The notes below the pieces were generated by a model that did no database searches, was not told the origin of the DNA, and saw nothing but the letters and a program-made list of their open reading frames with translations. Position numbers and translations under genes: made by a program. 64,000 nt of DNA from Gemmataceae bacterium. Lineage in GTDB: Bacteria; Planctomycetota; Planctomycetia; Gemmatales; Gemmataceae. This document shows, in pieces, positions 12,794 to 21,989 of the stretch; positions within the stretch are counted from its first letter, which is position 1, and the number at the start of each line of letters is the position of its first letter. The stretch spans positions 25,490 through 89,489 of the forward strand of contig JAXMAW010000028.1 in NCBI GenBank assembly GCA_046350195.1, read 5' to 3'.

Positions 12794-12817
12794 CCTCCGG
12801 CCGCATGCGGCCGGAGG
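12794..12817. terminator. 24-nt perfect palindrome CCTCCGGCCGCATGCGGCCGGAGG downstream of moxR
   Basis: All 12 base pairs checked by hand. No T-tract follows, so a terminator role is only inferred from position. Confidence 0.4.
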
Positions 12818-12883
12818 GGTTCCCGCCGGGACCTACCGAACGACAATCTGCGGTCCAAGAAACACCTTTTCGCGAGGGTTCTC

Positions 12884-14989
12884 ATGTTGCGCGCCTGGAC
12901 AAAGTCGGCGGGTACGCCCGGTTCACGGCCCCGGACAAGCCGCGCCCGGTTGGGGTTGGAGTCCCTCGAAGGGCGCTGCCTGCCGGCCTCCTCGGTCACG
13001 GCCCCGGGCGCATTTCTCGGCTCGGCCGCGCTGGCCGGGGCGGTGGGCCGGCCGGTGGCGGCGGTGACGACGACCTACTTCACGGACCGCCGAGGGGGCC
13101 TGTTCACGGTGGACGTGGCGACGGGGCGGACGACGTCGCTGGGCAGCGTCGGGGTGACACTCTTTGACATCGCCTACTCTCCCACCGGCCAGCTGTACGG
13201 CGTCAACAGCAACGGCCGGCTCTACCGCGTCAGCGGGCTCGGCTCCTCGCCGCGGGCCGAACTGGTGGCCCCCCTCCGTGACCCCAGGGGGCGGGTCGTC
13301 TTCGCCAACGCGCTGGAGTTCCGCTCCGACGGCCGGCTCTTCGCCGCCGGGTACAACGGCGTCTACGCGGTGAACGTCAACACCGGGACGTGCGCGCTCC
13401 TGTTCGCCCTGCCCGGCCGGGACAACTCGGCGGGCGACCTGGCGTTCGATCCGGCGGGCAACCTGTACGCCACCACCACCGCCGGCTTCCTCGTCCGGCG
13501 GACGCCGGCCGGCGCGGTGTCGCGGATGCGGACGGGCCGCGGCGACCTGTACGGGCTGGTCTGGCGGGACGGGGCGCTGTACGCCTTCTCCGATCGGACG
13601 GGCGGCATCTTCCGCATCCTCTACGGCAAGGGAATGGCCCGCATCAGCACCCTCGCCACCGGGCCGGGGGCCTACGGCGCGACCCAGTTCACCGGCGCCC
13701 CGAGCAACCCCGGAACCACCTACTTCACGGACCGCGACGGGGGCCTGTTCACGGTGGACGTGGCGACGGGGCGGACGACGTCGCTGGGCAACGTCGGGGT
13801 GACGCTCTTCGACCTCGCCTACTCTCCCACCGGCCAGTTGTACGGCGTGGACAGCGGGGGTGGGCTCTACCGCATCAGCGGCCTGGGGTCCACGCCGCGC
13901 GCCGACTTCGTCGGGCAGGTCGAGGACGGCGACGGGGACAACCTGTTCGTCAACGGGCTCGAGTTCCGCCCGGACGGCCGACTGTTCGCCTCAGGGTACA
14001 ATGCCGTTTACGAGGTCAACGCCGACACCGGCGACGCCGGGCTGGTGTTCAACCTCCCCGACGGGGAGGACTCGGCGGGCGACCTGGTGTTCGACCCTTC
14101 CGGCAACCTGTACGTGACCACCCGGGAGGGCGACCTGGTGCGGCGGACGCCGGCCGGCGCGGTGTCGCGGATGCAGACGGGTCGCGACGACCTGTACGGG
14201 CTGGTCTGGCGTGACGGGGCGCTGTACGCCTTCGCCGACGGCACCGGCGACATCTACCGCATCACCTACGGCGTGGCCATGGCCCTGTCCAGCACGCTCG
14301 ACACCGGCCCCGGGGCCCACGGCGCGACGCAGTACGCCGGGCCCGCGCCGAGCGGGCCGACGACCTACTTCACGGACCGCCGGGGGGGCCTGTTCACGGT
14401 GGACGTGGCGACGGGGCGGACGACGTCGTTGGGCAGCGTCGGGCTGGTGCTGTTCGACCTCGCCATGTCGCCTTCGGGTCAGCTGTACGGCGTCAACAGC
14501 AGCGGCCGGCTCTACTTGGTCAGCGGGCTCGGCTCCTCGCCGCGGGCCGAGCTGGTGGCTTCCCTCACGGACTCCAGGGGCCGGTCCGTCTTCGCCAACG
14601 CCCTGGAGTTCCGCTCCGACGGCCGGCTCTTCGCCGCCGGGTACAACGGCGTCTACGAGGTCAACCCGACCAGTGGCGCCTGCACCCTCCTGTTCGGGCT
14701 GCCCAACAACGACAACTCGGCGGGCGACCTGGTGTTCGACCCGACGGGCAACCTGTACGTCACCACCACCGGTGGCTACCTCGCCCGCAGGGACGCGGCG
14801 ACTGGTGCCGTGACGAGGATGAGCACGGGGCTGACGGACCTGTACGGGCTGGTCTGGCGCGACGGGGCGCTGTACGCCTTCGCCGACGGCACGGGCGGCG
14901 TCTACCGCATCACCTTTGGCGGGGCCGTGACCCGCGTCAGCACCCTCGCCACCGGGCCGGGGGCCCACGGCGCGACGCAATCGTTCTGA
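12884..14989 (+). CDS. secreted repeat protein: N-terminal LGLESLEGR motif plus three tandem 215-aa beta-propeller-like units
   Basis: Intact 701-aa ORF. Each unit starts TTYFTDR(R/D)GGLFTVDVATGRTTSLG and carries recurring G.LYG / G.LYA / GRLFA blade-like motifs. Confidence 0.85.
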   Translation: MLRAWTKSAGTPGSRPRTSRARLGLESLEGRCLPASSVTAPGAFLGSAALAGAVGRPVAAVTTTYFTDRRGGLFTVDVATGRTTSLGSVGVTLFDIAYSPTGQLYGVNSNGRLYRVSGLGSSPRAELVAPLRDPRGRVVFANALEFRSDGRLFAAGYNGVYAVNVNTGTCALLFALPGRDNSAGDLAFDPAGNLYATTTAGFLVRRTPAGAVSRMRTGRGDLYGLVWRDGALYAFSDRTGGIFRILYGKGMARISTLATGPGAYGATQFTGAPSNPGTTYFTDRDGGLFTVDVATGRTTSLGNVGVTLFDLAYSPTGQLYGVDSGGGLYRISGLGSTPRADFVGQVEDGDGDNLFVNGLEFRPDGRLFASGYNAVYEVNADTGDAGLVFNLPDGEDSAGDLVFDPSGNLYVTTREGDLVRRTPAGAVSRMQTGRDDLYGLVWRDGALYAFADGTGDIYRITYGVAMALSSTLDTGPGAHGATQYAGPAPSGPTTYFTDRRGGLFTVDVATGRTTSLGSVGLVLFDLAMSPSGQLYGVNSSGRLYLVSGLGSSPRAELVASLTDSRGRSVFANALEFRSDGRLFAAGYNGVYEVNPTSGACTLLFGLPNNDNSAGDLVFDPTGNLYVTTTGGYLARRDAATGAVTRMSTGLTDLYGLVWRDGALYAFADGTGGVYRITFGGAVTRVSTLATGPGAHGATQSF
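13067..14986 (+). repeat. 3 x 645-nt in-frame tandem repeat inside the CDS
   Basis: The anchor codon TAC of TYFTD sits at 13076, 13721 and 14366, an exact 645-nt period. About 90 nt at the start of each unit is almost identical. Units 1 and 3 are closer to each other than either is to unit 2. Confidence 0.9.
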
Positions 14990-15046
14990 CGGCCGTCGGG
15001 TCGGGCTCGAACGACCCACCCGGGGAGGCGGTGAGGGAGAAGGTCC

Positions 15047-15077
15047 GGGCCAGGAGGGGTTGCTTCCCTCCTGGCCC
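15047..15077. terminator. bidirectional hairpin between convergent genes
   Basis: GGGCCAGGAGGG (15047-58), loop GTTGCTT, CCCTCCTGGCCC (15066-77): a 12-bp perfect stem. Confidence 0.6.
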
Positions 15078-15097
15078 GTGCCTTGCGCCACCCCCAG

Positions 15098-15730
15098 TTA
15101 GAATCCTTTCGACGCCCAGTACAGGTTGACGTAAGCGGTGCGGGCAAGCGTTGCAGCGTAGGAGTTGGGAGTGGCGTAAACCCACGCGGCGTAGGCATAC
15201 TGCATGGCCACGTTGTATTTCGACAGATCCCCGGTCTGGATGCCAATCCGCGCGTAGGAGTAGGCCATGTAGGCGTAGAAACGCGTGGCGGTGTAGATCC
15301 CGCTGTAGTTGTAGGCGAGTACCGCGTAGTTATAGCCCAAAACTCCGACCGCGCTCCGGTGGACCCTCGCCTGGGATGCCTGAGCGCCCGCGGTCGGATG
15401 AGACGAATGGGCGGCATCGTTCGCATGAGTCGTCGTGGCGACGGTCGCCTGGAGCGGACCTGTCAGCTGAGCCGAATGGGTGACGTCGTTCACCACCGTC
15501 ATGGTGGCTTTCGTCTGGAGCGTGGTGGCGGCCTGGGTCAGGGTGCCGGTGACGTTGTTCTGTTGCGAAGGAGCGTGGTTGATCCGCATCGGCTGGGCGG
15601 CCTGAATGTGGTGCTGGGTCGGGATCGGGGCGATGGGCAGCACGGCGGCGGCCTTGGCGTCGAGCATCTGTCGATCTTCGAGGCGTTCCAGGCTCAGGTT
15701 CGCGTTGCGGGTCTTGAGGGAGACGGTCAT
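15098..15730 (-). CDS. hypothetical secreted protein with N-terminal LSLERLEDR motif and a Tyr/Ala-rich C-terminal half
   Basis: Intact 210-aa ORF with AAGGA before the ATG. The C-terminal 90 aa contain about 20 Tyr (YNYAVLAYNYSGIYTATRFYAYMAYSYARIG..). Local G+C is clearly below the window average. Confidence 0.7.
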   Translation of the reverse strand: MTVSLKTRNANLSLERLEDRQMLDAKAAAVLPIAPIPTQHHIQAAQPMRINHAPSQQNNVTGTLTQAATTLQTKATMTVVNDVTHSAQLTGPLQATVATTTHANDAAHSSHPTAGAQASQARVHRSAVGVLGYNYAVLAYNYSGIYTATRFYAYMAYSYARIGIQTGDLSKYNVAMQYAYAAWVYATPNSYAATLARTAYVNLYWASKGF

Positions 15731-16272
15731 GGCCCTATTCCTTTGCGTGTTTCGAGGTTGCGGTTCGGTCTACACCCGATATATCCCCCCCGGTTTTCAA
15801 ACCGGACAGGGGGCGGCACAATTATTTCGGGAGAGCCACGTCAGTTTGCCTGTGGTGCTTCCGTGCCGGGTTGTAGGTGTTGTTCAAAATAGATTCCTCG
15901 CGGGGCGCCAACGTGCTGATCGAAGTCCTGGGAACCGAGACTAACGGCGTTGATGGCGACGTGCGCCCAACGAGGGCGATCGGGGTACGCCGGGAAATCG
16001 AGAAGAGCAAGCCCTGGCGACAAGGCCTACCGACAGGGCCAGAGCAAACCTGCGCGGGGTAGGTGCGAAGGAAGAACGGTTATTGCAAAACCAAGGCAAA
16101 GCCATTGGTCAATTACTTCTGCGCGCTTTACACCCGTGAACGGATACGGTCCGGGAAGGAGGCCTCGCCGACGAGTCGGGCTAGCGGTCGGGCAAATCGC
16201 GCAGCTCGTTGACGTCCTGGATGCGGGAGGTTAGAGATACACTTACCTCCCCGCACTTCCCAGGAGTGGCCC

Positions 16273-18432
16273 ATGCCCGGCCCAGAAGACGCGACCCGCT
16301 TGAACGACGCCCCGGCTCCCGCCCGTTGGGTGTCAGATACTGACGCCAGCAACGCCACCTCGACCACGGCGGCGTCTCTGCCGGCAGCAAGTATCGTTCG
16401 CTACGTGCTGGGCGAGGAGGTGGCCCGCGGGGGCATGGGCGTCGTCTACCGCGCCACCGACACGACCCTCGGGCGCGAGGTCGCCGTCAAGGTCCTCCAG
16501 GAGCGGTTCGGCCCCGGCTCGCCGGCCGCCCGCCGGTTCGACGACGAGGCCCGCATCACCGCCCAGTTGCAGCACCCGAACATCCCCGCCGTCCACGACC
16601 TCGGCGTGCTGCCCGACGGCCGGCCGTTCCTGGCCATGAGGCTCATCAAGGGCGACACGCTGGAGGCGATGTTGGCCGCCCGGCCCGCCCCGTCGGCCGA
16701 CCGCGGGCGGTTCGTGGCCGCATTCGAGCAGGTCTGCCAGGCGGTGGCGTACGCCCACGCCCACGGGGTGATCCACCGGGACCTGAAGCCGGCCAACGTC
16801 ATGGTGGGCAGCTTCGCCCAGGTCCAGGTCATGGACTGGGGGCTGGCCAAGGTGCTGGCCGGCGCCGAGGCCGGCGGCGACCCGCAGGCGACGACGGGGG
16901 AGACAGAGGTGCGGTCCCTACGAGACGGGGCGTTCACCCAGGCCGGCAGCGTGCTGGGCACTCCGGCGTTCATGCCCCCCGAGCAGGCCGCAGGGGCCGT
17001 CGGCAAGGTGGACGCCCGCAGCGACGTGTTCGGGCTGGGGGCCATCCTGGCGGTGATCCTGACCGGCCAGCCGCCGTTCGCGGCCGGGTCCGCCGAGACC
17101 AGCCGGGTGAGGGCGGCCCAGGGCGACGTGGCCGATTGCCTCGCCCGGCTGGACACCTGCGGGGCGGAGCCTGACTTGGTGGCCCTGTGCAAGCGCTGCT
17201 TGAGCCCGAAGCCGGCGGACCGGCCTGCCGACGCCGGCGAGGTGGCCAGGGCGGTGGCCGGGCTGCGTGCGGCGGCGGACGAGCGGGCGCGGCGGGCGGA
17301 ACTGGACCGGGCCGAAGCGGTGGTGCGAGAGGCCGAGCAGCGTGAGCGGCGGAAGGTGTGGCTGGGGCTGGCCGGTGCGCTGGCGGCTGGCCTGGCGGTG
17401 GCGGCGGCGCTGGCCGTCTGGGCCGACCGGGCCCGGCGGATGGCCGAGGCGGCCGAGCAGCAGGCCGAGGATGCGAGAGGGAAGGAGGCTCAGCAGAGGC
17501 GAGAGGCGGAGGCGCAGACCAAGCTGGCCAACGCGGTGAAGGACTTCCTGAAGTACGACGTGCTGCGGCTGGCCGACCCGGCGACGCAGCAGCGGGACCG
17601 GAGGCTGGCCTACGACGCCGACGTCAAGCTGCGCGACGTGGTCCTGCGGGCATCGAGGGCAATTGAGGGGAAGTTCGCCGACCGCCCGCTGGTCGAGGCC
17701 GAACTGCGCTGGACGCTCGGCCACGCCCTGTGGGGCATGGGGCGGGCCGACCTGGCGGCCCCCCACTTCGAGCGAACGCTGGCCCTTCAGAGGGAGAGGC
17801 TGGGCCCCGGCCACCCCGACACGCTCGCGAGCATGAGCAACCTGGCCAACAGCTACGCCGCCCTGGGCCGCCACCCCGAGGCGCTGAAGCTGCACGAGCA
17901 GACCCTGGCCCTGCGGAGGGAGAAACTGGGACCCGACCACCCCGACACGCTCAACTCGGCCTTGGGGGTGGTCGCATCGCTGGTCGCGCTGAAGAAGCCC
18001 GACGAGGCCCTGCCGCGCCTCGACGAGACGCTCACCCTGGCCGACCAGGCGGCGGCCGGCGGCAAGCCGCCCGACCCCCGGCTGAAGCCGGCATTGATCA
18101 GCCTCCGCGTGCAGATCTTCGCCTCCCGTAGGGACGCCGCGGCCTGCCGCCATTCGGACGAGAAGCTTCCCCTCCGCTCCGCCGGCGGCCTGTACGACGC
18201 CGCCTGCTGGCGGGCGGTCCTGGCCGGGCTGTCGTCCGGCGACACGGCGAAGGCCGAGGCCGACCGGGCCATGGCGTGGCTGCACAAGGCCGTTGCCGCC
18301 GGCTACAACGACCGCGCCCACATGGAGAAGGACGCCGACCTCGACGCCCTCCGCGGCCGCGAGGACTTCCAGGCGCTGATGAGGCAGCTGGCCGCGAAGC
18401 CGGAGTTGCTACGGATGCCGCGGAAGGAGTAG
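16273..18432 (+). CDS. Ser/Thr protein kinase with TM segment, coiled coil and C-terminal TPR repeats
   Basis: GGMGVVYRATD, VAVK, HRDLKPANVM, DWGLAK, PPEQ. TPR_12-like repeats (LASMSNLANSYAALGRHPEALKLHEQTLALRREKLGPDHPDTL). AGGAG lies 7 nt before the ATG. Confidence 0.9.
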   Translation: MPGPEDATRLNDAPAPARWVSDTDASNATSTTAASLPAASIVRYVLGEEVARGGMGVVYRATDTTLGREVAVKVLQERFGPGSPAARRFDDEARITAQLQHPNIPAVHDLGVLPDGRPFLAMRLIKGDTLEAMLAARPAPSADRGRFVAAFEQVCQAVAYAHAHGVIHRDLKPANVMVGSFAQVQVMDWGLAKVLAGAEAGGDPQATTGETEVRSLRDGAFTQAGSVLGTPAFMPPEQAAGAVGKVDARSDVFGLGAILAVILTGQPPFAAGSAETSRVRAAQGDVADCLARLDTCGAEPDLVALCKRCLSPKPADRPADAGEVARAVAGLRAAADERARRAELDRAEAVVREAEQRERRKVWLGLAGALAAGLAVAAALAVWADRARRMAEAAEQQAEDARGKEAQQRREAEAQTKLANAVKDFLKYDVLRLADPATQQRDRRLAYDADVKLRDVVLRASRAIEGKFADRPLVEAELRWTLGHALWGMGRADLAAPHFERTLALQRERLGPGHPDTLASMSNLANSYAALGRHPEALKLHEQTLALRREKLGPDHPDTLNSALGVVASLVALKKPDEALPRLDETLTLADQAAAGGKPPDPRLKPALISLRVQIFASRRDAAACRHSDEKLPLRSAGGLYDAACWRAVLAGLSSGDTAKAEADRAMAWLHKAVAAGYNDRAHMEKDADLDALRGREDFQALMRQLAAKPELLRMPRKE

Positions 18433-18649
18433 GAGGCGGCGTACACCTCCCAACGTGTGAAACCTCTGGGCAGCCGCGGACACGGCGCGCGTCCGTCTTG
18501 GCCCGAAGCTCCGGCCAGGTTCGGGCAGAAGCAGCCCTCGCCGGCCCCTGGGCGTAATGGAGAGTGTCACGGCCCACCCCGCGATCACGACCCGAGCGAG
18601 GCCGGACAGTGTTTGGTACAACTATATGGCCGCCCACCGAGGTACCAGC

Positions 18650-19789
18650 ATGGCCCCGCCGCCCGAGCACGACGCCCTCCGCCAGGCCCACTGGACCGGC
18701 TGGCGGCCCACGCGCGAGGGCCGGCTCTGGCTCGGCATCGTCGTGCTGCTGCTGACCGTCGGCGTGGTCAAGAACATCAACCTCCTGACCCTGCTCGGCT
18801 ACGTCCTGCTGGCCGTCATCGCCCTGGCCAGCGTCGTCGCCGGCCGGCGGCTGCGCCGGCTGGAGGCGCGGCGCGTCCTGCCGGAGAACCTCTTCGCCGG
18901 TGGCCCGGCCCGCCTGGAGGTCCGGCTGCACAACACCTCCTCCCGGCCAGTCCGCGGCGTCCGCGTCGAGGACGGCGGGGCGTCGCACACCGCCGGGTGG
19001 TTCTTCGAGCGCCTCGAAGGCCACGCCCGCCGGGCCGTCGAAGCCGAGATCGTGCTACCGCGGCGCGGCTGGTACGACTTCGCCCCGCTCGCCGCCACCG
19101 GGTCGTACCCGTTCGGGCTGTGGCAGCGGCGGGTGCTCGTCGGCCCGCCGGCGCGCGTTCTGGTGCTGCCGCGGCCGGGCAAGGTGCTCCGCGAGCGGCT
19201 CCGCCACCAGCTGCGCGGGGCCGACCCGCGCGGCGACCGGGTCATGCGGCACCGCTGGCGGCACGAGGCGGCCCAGGCCGACTTCCACGGCCTACGGCCG
19301 TTCCGCCCCGGCGACAGCCCGCGGTGGATCCACTGGCGAACCAGCGCCCGCCGCGGCGAACTGATGGTCCGCGAGTTCGAGGACGTGCCTGGCGACGACC
19401 TCGCCCTGGTCGTGGACGTGCCGGGGGACTCCGGCCGGCTCGAGGCCGTCGTCGCGCTGGCGGCGACGCGGGTCTGGGAGTGGGGCCAGAGGCGCGGCGA
19501 CCGGCTGGTGCTGAGCGTCGGCGGCGCCCGGCCGGGCCTGATCGACGGCGTCACCGGGCCGGAGCACACCCGGGCGACCCTGGAGTGCCTGGCGCTGCTG
19601 GAGCCGGCCGGCCTGGGCGCCGCGCCGCCGGCCCTGCCCACCGACCGCGTGCCTTCGACCGCCTCCGTCGTCGTCCTCGCCGCCGAGGACGACGGGCTGG
19701 CGGCCCACCTGGAAGCCGCCCTCGCCCGGCCCGTGACGGTCCTCACCCCGGAGCAACTGCGCCTCGCCGGAGTCTACACCCCGCCATGA
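18650..19789 (+). CDS. DUF58 protein (MoxR-associated); start could also be 18626 or 18557
   Basis: Two N-terminal TM helices, then FHGLRPFRPGDSPRWIHWRTSARRGELMVREFE, the DUF58 signature. Confidence 0.85.
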   Translation: MAPPPEHDALRQAHWTGWRPTREGRLWLGIVVLLLTVGVVKNINLLTLLGYVLLAVIALASVVAGRRLRRLEARRVLPENLFAGGPARLEVRLHNTSSRPVRGVRVEDGGASHTAGWFFERLEGHARRAVEAEIVLPRRGWYDFAPLAATGSYPFGLWQRRVLVGPPARVLVLPRPGKVLRERLRHQLRGADPRGDRVMRHRWRHEAAQADFHGLRPFRPGDSPRWIHWRTSARRGELMVREFEDVPGDDLALVVDVPGDSGRLEAVVALAATRVWEWGQRRGDRLVLSVGGARPGLIDGVTGPEHTRATLECLALLEPAGLGAAPPALPTDRVPSTASVVVLAAEDDGLAAHLEAALARPVTVLTPEQLRLAGVYTPP

Positions 19790-21633
19790 GCCGACCGCGC
19801 ACCGCCGCCCTGTTCTCCCACCTGGCGCTGGCCATGGCCGGCGTCGCGCTGGGGGTCGCCGAGCTGGACTTCCTGCCCGAGGCGCCGCTGGTGCTGGCGA
19901 TCTACCTCGCCCTCGTCGCCGCCTCCTGGAGCGCCGAAGGCCAGTGGGGCCTGCCGACCTGGGCGGTGAACCTGATCGGCCTGGGGATCGCCGGCACCGC
20001 CAGCGCCTGGATCGCGTCCCGGCTGGGCCGGGGCGAGGCCGCCCTGTGGCAGCGCGAGGTCCCCCTGGCGGTCGCCGTCGTCCCGTACCTGGGGCCGCTG
20101 CTGATGGGGCTGACGGCGGTCCGGCTGTTCTGCCCGCGCTCGCCGCGCGACTTCTGGGTGCTCCAGGGGCTGGGGCTACTCCAGGTCGCCCTGGGCTGCG
20201 TGCTCAGCAGCGGCGCGCTGTTCGGCGGCGCGCTGCTGGCCTACCTCGTGGTGGGCCTGTGCGCGCTGGCGGCGCACGAGCGCCACCGGCAGGGCGGGTT
20301 CGCGGCCAGTGGCGGTGGGGCGGCCCCGGGCCGGCTGGCCGGCTGGCTGGGGTTCAGCCTGCGCTGGACGACGGCCGTCGGCCTCGTGGCCCTGCCGTTG
20401 TTCTTGCTCACCCCGCGCGCGGAGGGCCCCGAGTGGGACCCGTGGGGCCGGTTCGGCTTCACCCAGCCGGCCGCGGCCCAGGCTCGCACCGGCTTCGCCG
20501 AGGAGATCGACCTCAACCGCGGCAGCACCTTGCAGCCGGACGAGTCGGTGGCGTTCACCGTGGCCGTGACCGACACCGAGGGGCAGCCGGCCCGCGGGCT
20601 GCCCGGCGACCAGCGCTGGCGCGGCGTCGTGCTCGACAATTACCGCAACGGCCGGTGGAGGAACAGCCTCAACTGGGCCTTGCCGCGGGCGGCAGCGCGG
20701 CCCCCGGGCCGGGGCACCGAAGGGCTCTACCTGCACTTCCGCGTGCCCGGCCGGGCCGGCGGGCTGTTCCTCGCCGAGCCGGTCCGCCTGGGGCCGCTGT
20801 TCAACTCACTGCCGGTCTGGGTGCCCAACCAGGTGCCCGGCGAGCCGCTGTTCCACGAGTTCTTCGGCACCGTCGTCCCGGTCGTCCCCCCCAGCGCCGT
20901 CAGCCACACCGAGTACCGCTACACCCAGGTACTGACGCCGGGGCCGCTCGACCGCTACCCGGTGCTGCGGACGCGCGGGGACTACCTCCAGCAACTGACC
21001 GAGAACCGCCCCGAGGACCTGGTGGGCTGGTCCCGGCAGTTGCTGGCCGAGCTGGCGGCCCGCGGCGATCGGTTCGCCGCCCTCCGGCAGGCGATGCGCG
21101 CCAACGCCGAGACCGGCGACCCGCTGCCGCCGGAGCACTGGGAGACGGCGGCGCGGCTGCTGAGCGACCACCTGGCGCGGTCGAGCCGGTACGGCTACAG
21201 CCTGACCTTCTCCCGGTCGTCGCCGGACCTGGACCCGGTCGTCGATTTCCTGGTCAACGTCCGTCACGGGCCGTGCGAGCGGTTCGCGACGGGGTTGGCG
21301 CTGATGCTACGGGCGGTCGGCATCCCGTCGCGCGTCATCAAGGGCTTCCGCGGGGCCGAGGAGGCCGCCCCGGGGAGCTATCAGGTGCGGAACACCCAGG
21401 CGCACGCCTGGGTGGAGGCGATTGTCCTGTCCCAGGGGACTGGCCAGCTCAGCTTCGACTGGGCCACCCTCGACCCGACCCCGGAGCACGACGCGGAGCG
21501 GGAGGCGTCGGCCCTGTCCAGGCTCTGGCAGCTCCAGCACAGCGGGCAGGCGCTGTGGCAAGACCTGATCGTCGGCTACGGCCCGACGCGCCAGGCCGAC
21601 CTGCTGCACGACCGGGCCGAGCCGGGCCGCTGA
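19786..21633 (+). CDS. transglutaminase-like membrane protein
   Basis: The ATG overlaps the DUF58 stop (ATGA). Multiple N-terminal TM helices. Core RHGPCERFATGLALMLRAVGIPSRVIKGF..QAHAWVEA (Cys/His of the transglutaminase fold). Confidence 0.9.
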   Translation: MSRPRTAALFSHLALAMAGVALGVAELDFLPEAPLVLAIYLALVAASWSAEGQWGLPTWAVNLIGLGIAGTASAWIASRLGRGEAALWQREVPLAVAVVPYLGPLLMGLTAVRLFCPRSPRDFWVLQGLGLLQVALGCVLSSGALFGGALLAYLVVGLCALAAHERHRQGGFAASGGGAAPGRLAGWLGFSLRWTTAVGLVALPLFLLTPRAEGPEWDPWGRFGFTQPAAAQARTGFAEEIDLNRGSTLQPDESVAFTVAVTDTEGQPARGLPGDQRWRGVVLDNYRNGRWRNSLNWALPRAAARPPGRGTEGLYLHFRVPGRAGGLFLAEPVRLGPLFNSLPVWVPNQVPGEPLFHEFFGTVVPVVPPSAVSHTEYRYTQVLTPGPLDRYPVLRTRGDYLQQLTENRPEDLVGWSRQLLAELAARGDRFAALRQAMRANAETGDPLPPEHWETAARLLSDHLARSSRYGYSLTFSRSSPDLDPVVDFLVNVRHGPCERFATGLALMLRAVGIPSRVIKGFRGAEEAAPGSYQVRNTQAHAWVEAIVLSQGTGQLSFDWATLDPTPEHDAEREASALSRLWQLQHSGQALWQDLIVGYGPTRQADLLHDRAEPGR

Positions 21634-21643
21634 AGCGCGCGCT

Positions 21644-21982
21644 GTGGCTGGCGGCCGCCGCGGCGGGCGCTGCTCGCTGCCCGGCTGTGGCGGCGCCGGG
21701 GCCGGGCGCTCACGCCTCGCCCCGCCGGGGCGGAGGGCACGACCGCCTGGTGTCGCCGTTGGCCGGCCGCCCACCTGTCGCCCCGCTCCGACGAGACGCC
21801 GCGCGAAACCTGGCCGGCCGGGCCGCCGAGGCGATGGCCTGCCGCACCCCGGCGGGGCTGGCCGCGGTGCCGGGGCAGGTCGTGGACGCCGTACACCGCG
21901 CTACGGCGGGCGCAGCCCTGGACGAGCCGGCCCTGGTCGAGGCCCGGTCGGGGCTGGCGCTGGAGGCGCGCTGTCGGCGTAA
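21644..21982 (+). pseudogene. possible DUF4129-like small protein after the transglutaminase, frame broken
   Basis: By frame-hopping: TM-like ALWLAAAAAGALLAARLW, then SPRSDETPRET, AAVPGQVVDAVHRARYGG, ALDEPALVEARSGLALE. This resembles the ETP.E...Y..ARYG pattern. Weak call. Confidence 0.3.
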
Positions 21983-21989
21983 ACCTCGT

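Noticed and set aside
13067-14986. Regularly spaced near-identical ~90-nt blocks that could be mistaken for a CRISPR-like or non-coding tandem array.
   Set aside because: The period is 645 nt and in frame within one ORF, and the 'spacers' are homologous too. It is a protein-coding tandem repeat, not a CRISPR array.
15731-16272. A possible riboswitch or sRNA in the 540-nt spacer (stem-loops at 15785-15813 and 16225-16251).
   Set aside because: I recognise no known riboswitch consensus. The stems are short (6-11 bp). Without expression data this stays an ORF-free AT-richer spacer.
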